From: Squalus acanthias
Lineage: Eukaryota
DNA length: 64,000 nt
Direction of reading: 5' to 3'
Assembly (NCBI GenBank): GCA_030390025.1
Contig: CM059432.1
Span: forward strand, 112,656,001-112,720,000
The translations under genes were made by a program, and so were the position numbers. Positions 27,501 to 41,468 of the stretch are shown one piece after another. Below the pieces are notes generated by a model. That model was given only the letters and a program-made list of their open reading frames with translations, made no database searches and had not been told where the DNA came from. Numbering within the stretch: the stretch's first letter is position 1; each line of letters starts with the position of its first letter.

Positions 27501-27994
27501 TTTATTGAGCAAATTAAAAGGGATATTATAAGTGTATTGCAAAAAAAACTGGTTCATTAATCTTTATTCAAATGTAGAAAAAATATATTCACTTATACCA
27601 AAATTTATTAAAACAAGTTATGTAATTATAAAAAGTGAGAACTTTTGCTGTCAGCAAATTCTAGTTTAGAAATCATAAATTCTTGCATTTGAATACGATT
27701 TAAACCTATGATATCGAAAACCATAACAGATTTATGCCTGTAGTGTAGATTTTGAACCATGTGAAACGTGTACTCTTGCATTCTTTGATGCTACTGTATT
27801 GTGAAAATGGCAGAGAACTTACCTGGCAGAAATACCCCACTAACCCACAGAGTGAATTCAAACTACCCTTTGGATGCGTATAATTTTTTCTTTCTTTCTC
27901 ACTCTGAAGCTTCCTGATCTGAAGCTAGCCACTCAGGACAGGGTATGATTCCATCTGTGCTGTTACCCTCTGCGTCCTCGCCAAAATGAATGTT

Positions 27995-30900
27995 ACAGTA
28001 CAGAGACAGGCCCATCAAGTCTGTGCCGGTGTTTCTCTCCACTTGAGTTACCTAGTTTAATCCCACTCTCCTGCTCGGTTCCCAATGCCTATAAATATTC
28101 CTATTTTTCAAGCAACTATCTAATACCTTTTTAAAATAATTCTCACCGGCTATTTCTCTCAGGTTTTTAAATCCGCTCATATTTGTTAAATCATTTACCT
28201 GACGGTTTACATATAGCAATAATGGTTTGTGACAGAGAATTATTTTCTATCTTTCTCATTGATTCTTTTTGTGTTTATCTTAAATTTGTGTCCTTTGGTT
28301 ACTATCCTGCTGACCAGTGGAAACTATCTGTTACTATTTATCTCATCATAACTCTTCATCATCGTGAAGATATCTATCAGGACATCCTTAAACCTTATCA
28401 GCGCTAGTAAATATAGTCCTAATTTCTCAAGTATCCTCATAACAGTAACATCTCACCCATGTTAACATTAGTGAATCTGGGCTGCACCTTTTCCATTTCT
28501 TTTATATCCTTACTATAATGGGCTGCCCAGAACTGAACACAATAATCCAACTGTGGTCTAACTAAGGATAGACAGAAATTCAGTATTAACTCCTTTTGTA
28601 TCCTATGTCTCTAGATACAAAACTAAAAATTTAATTTGCATTTGTATTCCCTTATCTACTTGCTATGCCACTTTTACTGACCTGTTTATCTGCACACCAA
28701 GGTCTCTCAGCTCCGTTTAGAATCTTACCATTTAAAATGTATTTTATTATTCTTTCTCCCAAACTTTTCTTTTTCTATATTGAACTGCATCTGCCACCTG
28801 TCTGCCCATCTATCTGGTCTATTCCATGTGCTCCTGCAGCCTTTCACATTTTTTGTCAAAATTTGTCATACCCTGCACTTTAGCTTCATCAGCAAATTTG
28901 AATATTGTTCTCTCTATTCCTAACTCCAGATCATTTCTATATATAGTAAATAGGTGCGGCTCCAACACAGACACTTATGGATCCCCTTCACCACATCTTT
29001 CCAATCTGAGAAATTTCCTTTTACCCTATTCATTGTTTTTTGCTTCTAATTATCTGTATATCCAGTTGCCGCATTCCTCTTAATTCCAAGTGCCATTATG
29101 TTTGCCGTAAATCAGTGTGTTGCCTTGTCAAATATTTTGAAAATCCGTATAAACCACCAGCATTGTATTTCCTTTATCTATCTCTGTTACCTCTTCACAG
29201 AATTCTATAAGGTTGGTCAAGCATGTCTTGCCTTTTCATGCCGACTGGCCCTGATTAACTCATGTTTCTCCAAGTATTTAATAATTTCATCTCATATTAT
29301 AGACTCTAGTCATTTATCAACAACTGGAGTAAGATTAACTGGCCTATAATTTTCCGTCTTATCCTTGTCTCCTTTTTAAAGAGAGAAGTCGCATTTGCCA
29401 CTACCCTAGTTCTATGAGGCACAATTTTCCTTTCAACAGAATTTTTGAAAATTATAGTCAGATCTTCTGTTATATTTTCACTAGCATCCCGCATGTAAAC
29501 TCTCAGGTCACGCTTCGTACCTTAGTTTGATGAAGTCTTTAGTATTATCTGTCTGAGTGAAAACTCTCATTAATTGTTCCATACCCACCTCTGGTAATTC
29601 TACATTCTCAATATCCACCTCCTCTGTGAAAAATACTTAACTAATTCTGTCATTTCCTCATTTTCCACTACATGTTTGCCTCCTTCAAATGTTACTGGGC
29701 CTACCCCATGCCTTGACTATCCGGTTCCTGTTAATGTGCCCACAGAAAGCCTTCTTATTATTCTTCATGCCTTTTGTTAATTTTCTCTTTTAGCCTTTTG
29801 ATTTTCCCATCCTGTAGCTTATCTATATATTCTGCATATTTGTCCTGTCTTTCTTTATTAATTGTCATGTTAGTGCTAAATATTTCTTTTTTTAGTTTGA
29901 AATTTGATCTAATCTACATCAAACCCCAGCCTTCAATACATTCCCTTTCTTTTCTTCCCTGGAGTATACTTGATTTGTATCCTTTCTCTCCCATCTTTAA
30001 ATAATTCTCTTTGCTGATCTACATTTCTATTTGCCAATTGTTCCTTCCTTTTTGCTATAATTTGCTTTTTTCCAGTCAAGTACCATTGTCCTTGACATTT
30101 CTTTTTCGTTTTCTATTCTTACACTGAACCCAATTATATTGTGTTCACTACTTCTCAGTTTCTCTACTTTTAGTTTGTTTATTTGCTTCATTACCCAGAA
30201 CCAGGTCAAGAAGTCCTTCCTTTCTTGTTAGAGTAGCAACATATTGATTGAGAAAAGAGTCCTGAATACACTCCAAAAAAAAATCTCCCTCTGTACAGCT
30301 CAAATATTTTTCTTGTTCCAGTCTATTTTTGGATAATTAAAATCTCCGACAATTATGGCTCTATTGTTAATACCTACCGTTCTAATCTACCTATAATTTT
30401 TATCCTCAGTATCTTTTCCACTATTTGGTCATTAATAATACACTGTTAGTAATGTGATAAACCCTCCTTGCTATTCCTCAGCTCACTCCAAAGGGACTCT
30501 GTTTGGACCATTTCTCTAGTTAAATCTTTATTCTCTAGTGCTATAATATTGTCACTAATTAATATCACTATTCCTCCTCCTTTTCTTCCTTCCCTATCCC
30601 TCCTGAAAGTTATATAGTCCTGACCCAGTTACAGCCACATTTCAGTTACTACTGTTCTATTATGATTTTCTAGCCCCAATTTTGTTACTTGCACTCTGTG
30701 GGCTGAATTTTGCTCAGAGGGCGGGTTTGGAGGCGGGTCCGCTGTCAAAATCCAAACGATTGACAGCGGGGTGGTATCCCGCTCTGATCCCGCCTCCTTG
30801 TGCATTTCCCAGGTGCTGGCTCTGCCTGCGCTTTGCAGACCCGGCACTAAGCGGCGGGACATGCAATTGTGTTAGTTAAGAGGATGTTTAAAGCAATTTA

Positions 30901-33300
30901 ATCACCATTTTACCAGGCACAAAGCATTTTCCCAAGTTTTCCACGAGGTTCCCATCGCTCGGGGATCACGCCAGGTAAGTGTGTCGGGTTCTGAACAACT
31001 CTCCATTTCTTTCAATAGGTGACAGCTGCAAAAGTGGTTTAAAAGCTACCATTTTACAGCTGGTCACTTTCCAATCTCAGAAGCTGGAGCATTAATTATT
31101 TGTAACCCACTTTTAAGCTTTATGCACTTTTGAAGTGTTTGGAGTATTCTCTCTATCCACTGTCACTTCCTTTGAACAACCTATCTCAACATTGACAGAT
31201 TACTTCTGTCATCTCAACTTCACTGGCCATCTATTCCATCAGCATCGGTGCCCTTGAAAAAAATCTCACTTTGGTCCTCAGAATCCCAACACGATCAGCC
31301 CCAACACCAGCAGCACCAACATCCACACCAACCTTCTCTGCAATCATCACCCGCGCACATTGCTGTCTCATCATTCACTGCAACTCACTAAGCCACTTCC
31401 AAAGGTGCACACAAATCTGTCCAAGAAGGCAAAGTGGTGATTATAAGGATTTCAATGCTTGACAACACATTAACAGAAACTTCACATGAACATTGGCTAA
31501 ACCACCCAAGTACCTACCCTTGTGTGTTCTTAGTTGGTATGCTTGCAGTAGGATGAGGGTGAGTGTGAGGGGTGGCTAGTGAGATGGGGAAGTGATAATG
31601 TAGATAGAGGGGGATGGGTGGAGGTGTAAGGTAAGTTGATGTGAGTAAAGATGTGCAGGAGTATGGTAGGGAAGGCAGAGTGATGGGGATGTGATGAGTG
31701 GCACAGCAGGATGAGGTTGAGTGTGGCTTGGCAGTAATGTTTCGTGATCTACTGAGATCATTGAAAGGTTTGCGCCACTGCAGCCTAGTCCTGACAACAT
31801 CCCTGCTTGTGCCCTCCTATGCAATGTGCAACCAGGCTGCATTGGTGTCCTGGGGAGGTATCTTCCACCCATGGGAAGGGAAGAGAACCTCCCTGCGTGC
31901 ATATGGAGGGAGTCATGGGAGAGCCTGGGTGCAGCCGTGCACCTTTGTGCAGTGCTTGTCAGTGTTTGCAGCACCTCAATGCTTCAGAACACTCACAGCA
32001 CAAATGTCAAAATGAATGTGGACATGGCCCCTTTAAGAAAACCGGCTGATGACACGTCATCAGATGACGTCATCAGAACTGTTTCCTTTTAATTGGCCGG
32101 GAACCTCGCAGGGCGAGCTTAATAAGCCCAATCAGGGCAAAATCACTTGGAGGAGGCGGGATGAAGACGGGTGCGACGTTTGAGGCCGCTGTCTGCTCCG
32201 GCCGCACCATACTCGCCATGGCTGGCGAAATCGCGGCCTGTGTTTGTGTGACCTTTCTACATTTTTCTTTCTAATATCTTACTCTGTTTAACCGCTTTCA
32301 ACCATTCTGCTTCCTTATTATCTATAACTTACTTTCCCTTTTAAGCTGCCTACCTCTCTCTTCATCATATTAAAAAGTACTCTTCCAAGCTCTGGTTAAC
32401 CTCCTGATGAGGATATTGGTCCCAGCACTGTTGAGATGTGGCCTGACCCATCTGTTCAACTCAGCTCTGCCCCAGAACAGGTCCGCTACCCTTCCTCTTA
32501 CATCATACATTTATCTACCTGATCTGTTCTTGTACTGGTTAACACATGGCATGGCACTGGCAGTAATCTGCAAATGATTACCTTTGAGGTCCTGCTTCTT
32601 AATCTACTTCCTAATTGCTGGAACTCATTTTGCAGGCCTGAATCCTATTCTTCCCTATGTTGTTGGTTGCAATATGAACCATGACTTTTGTCTCCCCCCC
32701 ACCCCCCATCATATTAAAAAGTACATCAGGAGCTTTGCACTTGCTTCATTATGTTTCTTACCCTGGCACCTGGGCGGCAACACACAATTTGGAACTCACA
32801 TTTACAATTAAGGAAGCGATTGATTATTCCTTTCACTGTTGAAACTTATACTCCACTGGTTCTGACACTCAATTCTCCTTCCTTGGGCAACTATTTTTTC
32901 AACAGTGCTGTGACATTACTCGTGGCTGCTCTCCCTGAGTCGTCATCCTTGGAACAAGTTTCCAGTATTTGCCAAACCAGTGCCTCAGGTGATCTCTACA
33001 CTTCCTCCCTACACCTCTTCCACCTTGATAGATTGTCACTCGGTTACAGTCCTTATCCCCTGTCTTTTTGTCTACCTGTGGGTTGATTTCTTCTTGGAAG
33101 GTGTGCTCTCGAACCCCTCCTTCTCCGTTTTGTAATGGAGTGTCTTCCTCTGTTCCTCAAGCTTCAGCAAATATAGCTGGAGACACTTCTTCAAAGTTTG
33201 TTTGCCCTGGATACTCAAACCATCCAGGAATTAATACATTGAGCAAAGTTTGCACAAACGTGTGCTATATGATATCTGAAAATGTAAACATATACACGGT
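27995..33300 (-). mobile_element. Old, heavily decayed near-full-length CR1, split by a Harbinger derivative
   Basis: RT and endonuclease remnants at 28300-30620; ORF1 esterase remnants (CRPGARVR, HIATNNIG) near 32560-32830. Confidence 0.75.
30700..32238. mobile_element. Non-autonomous Harbinger derivative with a Myb/SANT remnant
   Basis: Ends GGGCTGAATTTT / GAAATCGCGGCC, TSD TGT; minus-strand QWRKPFNDL motif; same family as 41469-43220. Confidence 0.8.
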
Positions 33301-33816
33301 TTAGTACATGGTTTAAAAGTCTAAAGAATGAGTCAGACTATATACAATACTGTGGCTTTTAGTCATTTAGAGCAAACTCCCTCCACAATCTCTTGTCCTG
33401 CTGTGCTCTCTTCTCGCTACTTTACTGTATTCTTGTGCACACTCAGACTATACAATTCACACACTTGGACAGCTCACGTATATATATTTATACCAACTAC
33501 TGTACGACACTAGGGTACTAATTATAGAAAAACAGTCTCTCATTTACCATTCCCCACCCTGTACCTGCAGGCCAAACCTTCATTCACTGCCAAGTTTTGA
33601 ATTGGGCTGAAACTCCTTCCATGTGTACTATACTTCTGTCTCTTACCTAAAATAAATAGTATTTATCCATTCGTAACTCCTGTCTAACCCTGGAAATAAG
33701 ACGATGGGTCACCTGCCTGCTTTTACTTTTAGCTCACAATGACTCATGATGCAAATGGGCTATTGAGTATTGGGGATAATTCTACTCTATGTATGAGCCT
33801 GGACAGGCTTTGATTA

Positions 33817-33964
33817 GGGCCGAGAATTTCCTTGGACCTACTCCGTCTCCGCCGCCAAAGCTTCACTGGAAATGCAGCAGAAACCCTGTGTAAACAGTTT
33901 CCACTACACTTCCACTGAAGTTACAGCAGCAGAGTGGGAGCAACCCCAAGGAAAATCCTGGCCC
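33817..33964. mobile_element. 148-bp MITE
   Basis: Imperfect 19-bp TIRs GGGCCGAGAATTTCCTTGG / CCAAGGAAAATCCTGGCCC; no clean TSD. Confidence 0.6.
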
Positions 33965-34269
33965 ATGTATTATTGCTGAGCCCAATCCTGTTCTCATATG
34001 ACAGCCATACATGCACACTTTACAACAGGAGAGCAGTCAAGAATAGAGTCCCTCCCTAGCTAAGGGGTGTTGAGTTCAATTGTAGGCTCCCTGTTGTTGC
34101 CTTGCTTGAGATCACCTAACTCAGACCATTGACTGAACCTTGCACCTTCCTGGTATGTATAGCTCAGTATCACACCAGGAGAGTGTTGGACTTGGCATTA
34201 AGTGCTTCCATGTTGTTTTCAATTCCTGTAATGCTTTGAGCATTAGCACAAGGATGATTTAATGGCTGT

Positions 34270-34472
34270 AATAATAAAATTCTCTCCCTAAATCCGTCCA
34301 ACTTGCTACCTCTCTCACCTACTTCAAAGGTCTCAAAATCTATCTTTTTGGTTTTGTCCTCCCCTAACCCTTCTCCTATCTCTATTGATGCCTGGTTACT
34401 TTCAATGCTGTCAAGTGCTTTGGGACTGTTATTACATGAAAACCTGCTATACAGGTGCAGGTTGTTGTTGTT
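34270..34472 (+). mobile_element. L2-type 3' tail fragment
   Basis: AAGTGCTTTGGGAC...CTATACAGGTGCAGG(TTG)n terminus. Confidence 0.55.
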
Positions 34473-37400
34473 GATATACAGAATGAATTTTAAGTTTAAG
34501 GATTTAATTATTAAAAGCAGGTACAGTAAAAACAATTTTTACATTTGGAGCTGGCAAATAAGCTGAGATTCGCAATATGAATTTTTGAAACTGTTCTCAA
34601 CTATTCCTTTAAGAAACTACTGTCATTTGGGATCTGGTAAAGCCAGAATCTCAACTGGGGAAGGACACTGCTTCAGTTCCTACAAACACCATCTCATTTA
34701 TTTTTCCTTTATATTAATGGCAGTTACACAATGTGAAAGGCTCTGAATGTCATTACTCTGAAATCACTCCCTAAGGATTCGCTGGTCTAGTTCACAACTG
34801 ACTTTAACTTGCTTGTAAACCTAAAATGAATATGCACTTAGGTAATTTGAAGCAAGTAACAGTAAGAGACTTTAATGATGGATGGTATTGTCGATATGAG
34901 GATGCATTACAACATAATAAATGAAAATATGAATATCAAGTGAGATGACCTCATTCTATTGTGTTCTATGTTCCTAAATGCTGGAACTCTCCTCTTTGCA
35001 AGTACCTGTTGCTGGCACATAACAGGTACTGATGAAATGAGTGATATTAAGTGTGTGAATGAGCATGTGTATGAGTAGGTGAATGTGAGAGTATTTGTGT
35101 GTTAGTGTGTAAAGCTACAAGAATTTGTATGTGTAGTACATGCATATCTGGATGTTTAGATGTGTGTGAGTGTCAATGTGTGTGTCTGCGTACACACATG
35201 GGGGGAGAAATTGGGCACATTTTTTAGGCGCTACACGGCTTCCTAATGCTCGAAAATGGCGTCCGAGATGCGCGCTCACACTTCAATAGTAAGTGCGCTG
35301 GACGCCATCTTGGTAAAGGGGTTTGCGCGCGCACACCTAACGACCGTTGGCAGCATGCAGTGCAGGTAGATTATGACGTCAGTCTGTGTGCAACGCTGAT
35401 TTTCTAATGCCATGCTCCAAACTACACCCTGTCTTAACCTCGCACAGCTGAACACAATATAAACGGCAAGAAGAACCCCCCCAACCAGCGCTATTTAAAG
35501 GGATCATGAACTACCTACAGGTTAGTTGCTGGATTATTTCTTCTGGCTGTTGGTGCAATTGTAAGCGTTTTTGGAGCTTTCCTATACTTGGCTAAAGTTT
35601 CAATAGTTTACAGGGAGTGGTCTAGTTGGTGCTGAATTACTTTTTTGTTCATTTAAAAGCTTGCGCTGAAATAAGTTGCTTCCAGACATGGATGGTCTGG
35701 TAGGCCTTCCTCTTGGATTTGAGCATGACTGGGAGAATGAACAGAGAGCACAGAGAGCAGTACAAGCTGCTAGAAGAGGGAGGAGGAGAAGGGCTCTCAG
35801 CAGGAGGCCAAATCCTCCGAGGGTCTTCAGGGAGCAATACTCTTACCTCAACTTCAGCGAGGACCAATGCTTGAGATGTTTTTGCTTCAGGGAAGAGGTC
35901 ATAGAATCATAGAATAGTACAGCACAGAAGGAGGCCATTCGGGCCCTTGAATCTGCACCGGCTCTTTGGAAGAGCAATCCAGTTCGTCCCACCCACCCAC
36001 TCTTTCCCCATATCCCTGCAATTTTTTCTCCTTCACCTTAAATCTGTGGCCCCTGGTTATCAGCACTTCAGCCTTTGGAAACAGATTCTCTTTATTTACT
36101 CTATCTAAACCTTTCATGATTTTAAACACCTCTATCAAATTTCCTCTTAGCCTTCTCTGCTCTAAGGATAACAACCCCAGCTTCTCCAGTCTATCCAGGT
36201 AACTGTATACCCTCATCCCTGGAACCATTCCAGTAAATCTCTTCTGCACCCTCTCCGAAGCCTTCACATCCTTCCTAAAGTCTGGTGCCCAGAATTGGAC
36301 ACAATACTCCAGTTGGAGCCGAACTAGTGTTTTATTTTGGTTTAGCATAGCTTTCTAGCTTTTGTACTCTCTGCCTCTATTTATAAAGCCCAGGATCAAA
36401 CAGTTCGGATGGGATAGTTTTTGCACAGTGTGTGCAGGAGGGTTTCCTGACACAATATGTGGATAGGCCGACAAGAGGTGGGGCCACATTGGATTTGGTA
36501 CTGGGTAATGAACCAGGCCAAGTGTTTGATTTGTATGTGGGAGAGCACTTTGGAGATAGCGACCACAATTCGGTGACTTTCACTATTGCAATGGAGAGGG
36601 ATAGGGCCATACGGCAGGGCAGGGTTTATAATTGGGGGAGGGGTAATTATGATGTGATTAGGCAAGAATTAGGGAGCATAAGATGGGAACAGAAACTATC
36701 AGGGAAAGGCACAAATGAAAAGTGGAGCTTTTTCATGGAGCAATTACTGCGTGTCCTTGATAGGTATGTCCCTGTCAGGCAGGGAGGAAATGGCCGAGTG
36801 AGAGAACCATGGTTCACAAAAGAGGTTGAATGTCTAGTCAAGAGGAAAAAGGAAGCGTATGTAAGGATGAGAAAACAAGGTTCAGTTGGGTCGATTGAGG
36901 GGTACAAGGTAGCAAGGAATGAGCTAAAAAAAGAGCTTAGTAGAGCTAGGAGGGGGCATGAGAAGTCCTTGGCGGGTCGGATCAAGACAAACCCCAAGGC
37001 TTTTTACTCTTATGTGAGAAATAAAAGAATGACCAGGGTGAGGGTAGGGCCGGTCAAGGACAGTAGTGGGAACTTGTGCATGGAGTCAGAAGAGATAGGA
37101 GAGGTGATGAATGAATACTTTTCGTCAGTGTTCACCGAGGAGAGGGGCCATGTTTTTGAGGATGAGAGTGTGATAAAGGTGGATAGGCTGGAGGAGGTAG
37201 ATGTTCTGAGGGAAGATGTTTTAGCAATTTTGAAGAACCTGAGGGTCGATAAGTCCCCTGGGCCAGATGGGATATATCCTAGGATTCTTTGGGAGGCAAG
37301 GGAGGAGATTGCAGAGCCTTTGGCTTTGATCTTTGGGTCCTCACTGTCCACGGGGATGGTGCCAGAGGACTGGAGAGTGGCGAATGTTGTTCCTCTCTTC

Positions 37401-37756
37401 AAGAAAGGAAATAGGAATGACCCTGGTAATTATAGGCCGGTTAGTCTTACTTCGGTGGTTGGTAAGATAATGGAAAAGGTCCTGAGGGATAGGATTTATG
37501 ACCATTTGGAAAGAGGCAACTTAATCAGGGATAGTCAACACGGATTCGTGAAGGGTAAGTCTTGCCTAACAAATTTGATTGAATTCTTTGAGGAGGTAAC
37601 TAAGTGTGTAGATGAAGGTAGAGCAGTTGATGTCGTATACATGGATTTTAGTAAGGCGTTTGATAAGGTTCCCCATGGTCGGCTCATGAAGAAAGTAAGG
37701 AGTTGTGGGATAGAGGGAAATTTGGCCGATTGGATAAGTAACTGGCTATCTCATAG

Positions 37757-37850
37757 GACTTCACCTGAGGAAGGAGTGATAGCTCCGAAAGCTTGTGATT
37801 TCAAATAAAACTGTTGGACTATAACCTGGTGTTGTGCGACCTCTCAATTT
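37757..37850 (+). mobile_element. 94-bp PLE micro-insertion: hammerhead ribozyme plus pLTR end
   Basis: Perfect 10-bp TSD TATCTCATAG (37747-37756, 37851-37860); sequence homologous to 53097-53186. Confidence 0.9.
37761..37798 (+). ncRNA. Minimal type I hammerhead ribozyme (PLE family B)
   Basis: UCAC-CUGAGGA-A-GGAG-UGAUAG-CUCC-GAA-AGCU-U-GUGA: stem I UCAC/GUGA, stem II GGAG/CUCC, palindromic AGCU stem III. Confidence 0.8.
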
Positions 37851-40800
37851 TATCTCATAGAAGGCAGAGGGTGGTGGTGGATGGAAAATTTTCGGACTGG
37901 AGACCAGTTACCAGCGGTGTGCCACAGGGGTCGGTGCTGGGTCCTCTGCTGTTTGTGATTTTTATCAATGACTTGGAGGAGGGGACTGAAGGGTGGATCA
38001 GTAAATTTGCTGATGACACCAAGATTGGTGGAGTAGTGGATGAGGTGGAGGGCTGTTGTAAGCTGCAAAGAGACATTGATAGGATGCAGAGCTGGGCCGA
38101 AAAATGGCAGATGGAATTTAACCCTGATAAGTGCGAGGTGATTCATTTTGGTAGGGCAAATTTGAATAAGGATTACAGGGTCAACGGCAGGGTTCTGAGG
38201 AACAGAGGGATCTGGGGGTTCATATCCACAGATCTCTGAAGGTTGCCACTCAAGTGGATAGAGCAGTAAAGAAGGCCTATAGTGTGTTAGCGTTTATTAA
38301 CAAGGGGTTTGAGTTTTTAAGAACCGTGAGGTTATGCTACAACTGTACAGGACCTTGGTGAGACCACATTTGGAATATTGTGTGCAGTTCTGGTCACCTC
38401 ACTATAGGAAAGATGTGGAAGCATTGGAAAGAGTGCAAAGGAGATTTACCAGGATGCTGCCTGGTTTGGGGGGGAGGTCTTATGAGGAAAGATTGAGGGA
38501 GTTGGGGCTTTTCTCTTTAGAGCGGAGGAGGATGAGAGGTGACTTAATAGAGGTTTAAAAGATGATGAGGGGGATAGATAGAGTGGATGTTCAGAGACTA
38601 TTTCCTCGGGTGGAGGTAGCTGTTACAAGGGGGCATAACTATAAGGTGCATGGGGGGAGATATAGAAGGGATGTCCGAAGTAGATTCTTTACTCAGAGAG
38701 TGGTTGGTGTGTGGAATGGACTGCCTGCTGTGATAGTGGAGTCGGACACTTTAGGAACTTTCAAGTGGTTATTGGATAAGCACATGGAGCACACCAGAAT
38801 GATAGGGAGTGGGATAGCTTGATCTTGGTTTCGGACAATGCTCGGCACAACATCGAGGGCTGAAGGGCCTGTACTGTGCTGTACTGTTCTATGTTCTATC
38901 CCATCTGCTTTATTAACTGCTTTGTTAACCTGTCCTGCCACCTTCAAAGATTTGTGCATAAACACCCCCAGGGCTCTCTGTTCTTGCACCCACTTTAAAA
39001 TTGTACCATTTAGTGTGTATTTTCTCTCCTCATTCTTCCTACCAAAATGTATCACCTCACACTTTTCTGCATTGAATTTCATCTGCCATGTGTCCGCCTG
39101 TCTATGTCCTCTTGAAGTCTATCATTATCTTGGTCGTGCTTGAAATCTGCCAACTGCTGCAGGCACAACTGCAACCACAAAGTAGGGCAAGGACCGCATT
39201 GCCTGTAACAGTCAAGATGGCCGAGGCGATGAACTTTTATGCATCTGGCTCCTTCCAGGCTGCTGCTGGAGATATAAGCAACCCCTCACAGTTTGCAGTA
39301 CACTGCTGCATTAGGGAGGTCATTGAGACTCTCTATACAAAGAGAGACAGCTTCATCTCATTCCCTCTTGCCAGAGACAAGCAGAGTGAGCACAAAGGTT
39401 TGCACGGATTGCTGACTTCCCCGTGGTGCAGGGTGCCATTGACTGCATGCACATTGCCTTGAGCGCGCCTCATGTGAATTCGGTCATTTTCATGAACCGA
39501 AAGGGATTCTACTCCCTTAATGTGCAGCTGGTGTTCGACCACAGATACCGCATCATGTAGGTCAATGCCTGTTATCCTGGAAGTAGTCACAATTCCTTCA
39601 TTCTGCGGCAGTCCTCTGTGCCCTCTATTTTTGACCCACCGTGGCAAATCAGAGGCTGGCTATTGGACAACAAGGATTATCCACTCATGACATGGCCCAT
39701 GACTCCAGTCCGGAGCACATGCACAGCAGGCCTTCAATGAGAGCCATGCTGCCACAAGGAACAGTATAGAGCACACTATCGGCGTCCTAAAGCAACGCTT
39801 CCCTGAGTGCATCTCCCTCTCCAACCAGTATTCTGTTCTGAGTACTGGTAAGGGCGATAGTTCCTCTGGGGAGTACAGCCAGAGCCAAGTCCACAGCACC
39901 AAGGGTGGCTCAGCTATACTGGGGGGGAGGAGGAAGATAGGGAAAGCAATAGTGGTAGGGGATTCGATAGTTAGGGGGGTAGGCAGGCATTTCTGCGGCT
40001 ACAGACGTGATTCCAGGATGGTATGTTGCCTCCCTGGTGCCAGGGTTAAGGATGTCACTGAGCGGCTGCAGAACATTCTGAGGGGGGAGGGTGAACAGCC
40101 AGAGGTCGTGGTCCATATTGGTACCAACGACATAGGTAGAAAGAGGGATGAGGTCCTGCAGCCAGATTTTAGGGAGCTAGGAAAGAGGTTAAAAAGCAGG
40201 ACCTCAAAGGTAGTAATCTCTGGATTACTCCTGGTGCCACGCGCGAGTGAGTATAGAAATAGGAGGATAGAGCAGATTAATGCGTGGCTGGAGAGATGGT
40301 GCAGGAGGGAGGGCATTGGGGCTGGTTCTGGGGGAGGTGAGACCTGTCCAGGCCGGATGGGTTGCACCTCAACAGAGCCGGTACCAATATCCTCGCAGGG
40401 AGGTTCGCTAGCGCTGTTGGAGAGGGTTTAAACTAAGTTGGCAGGGGGATGAGCACCAGGATGTAGCATTAGAAAGGAGAAACACTGGGCACAAAGGATT
40501 GGGAGAGACGGATAGCACTAAAGTAAGAAATAGTAAGGTATTAGGTTGGATCAGACTAAGAGAGAACACAGGATGGTCTAAGATAGGTTTACAGTGTATG
40601 TATGTGAACGCACAAAGCATAGTAAACAAGGTTGGTGAGCTGCAGGCGCAAATAGCCGCATGGGAATATGATGTTGTGGCAAAGATGGAGACCTGGCTCA
40701 AAAAAGGGCAGGATTGCGTATTAAATATTCCTGGATATAAGGTGTTCAGGAAATATAGGGAAGGAAAGATAAGAGGTGGTGTGGCAGTATTGGTTAAGGA

Positions 40801-41468
40801 GAATGTTACAGTGCTGGAGAGAGAGGATGCCCTGGAGGGGTCAAGGACAGAATCTATATGGCTAGAGTTAAGAAATAATAGAGGTGCCATTACACAACTA
40901 GGTGTATTCTATTGGCCACCAACTAGTGGGAAAAATATGGAGGAGCAAATTTGCAGAGAAATTACAGAGAGATGCAAGAACTATAGAGTAGTGGGGGACT
41001 TCAACTATCCTAATATAGACTGGGATAATAATAGTGTAAAGGGCAGGGAAGGGGAAGAATTTCTGAAGTGTGTTCAGGAGAACTTTCTTGGTCAGTACGT
41101 TTCCAGCCCAACGAGGAAGGCATTGCTGGATCTGGTTCTGGAGAATGAGGTAGGTCAAGAGGAGCAAATGTCAGTAGGTGAACATTTAGGGAACAGTGAT
41201 CATAGTATCATAAGGTTTAGATTAGCTATGGAAAAGGACAGGGAGCAATCTAGAGTAAAAATACTTAATTGGAGGAAGGCCAATTTCAGTGGGTTGAGAA
41301 TGGATCTGGCCCGGGTAGATTGGAATCAAAGATTAGCAGGCAAGACTGTAGTGGAACAATGGGCTGCCTTTAAAGAGGAAATAGTTCGGGTACAGTTGAG
41401 GAACATTCCCACGAGGGGGAAAGGTAGGGCAACTAAAGTCAGAGCTCCCTGGATGATGAAAGAGATTG

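Larger units (their letters stand above)
36398..38897 (+). mobile_element. Young HER1-like CR1 (most of ORF2 plus 3'UTR)
   Basis: ORF 36432-37808 ([20 protein letters not shown]) continues after a 94-bp insert with GVPQGS and KFADD; tail GTTCTATGTTCT. Confidence 0.93.
35902..39125 (-). mobile_element. CR1 3' fragment (35902-36397 and 38898-39125), split by a younger CR1
   Basis: [15 protein letters not shown] and MKFNAEKCEVIHFG on the minus strand; (ATTCTATG)n-type tail at 35902. Confidence 0.85.
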
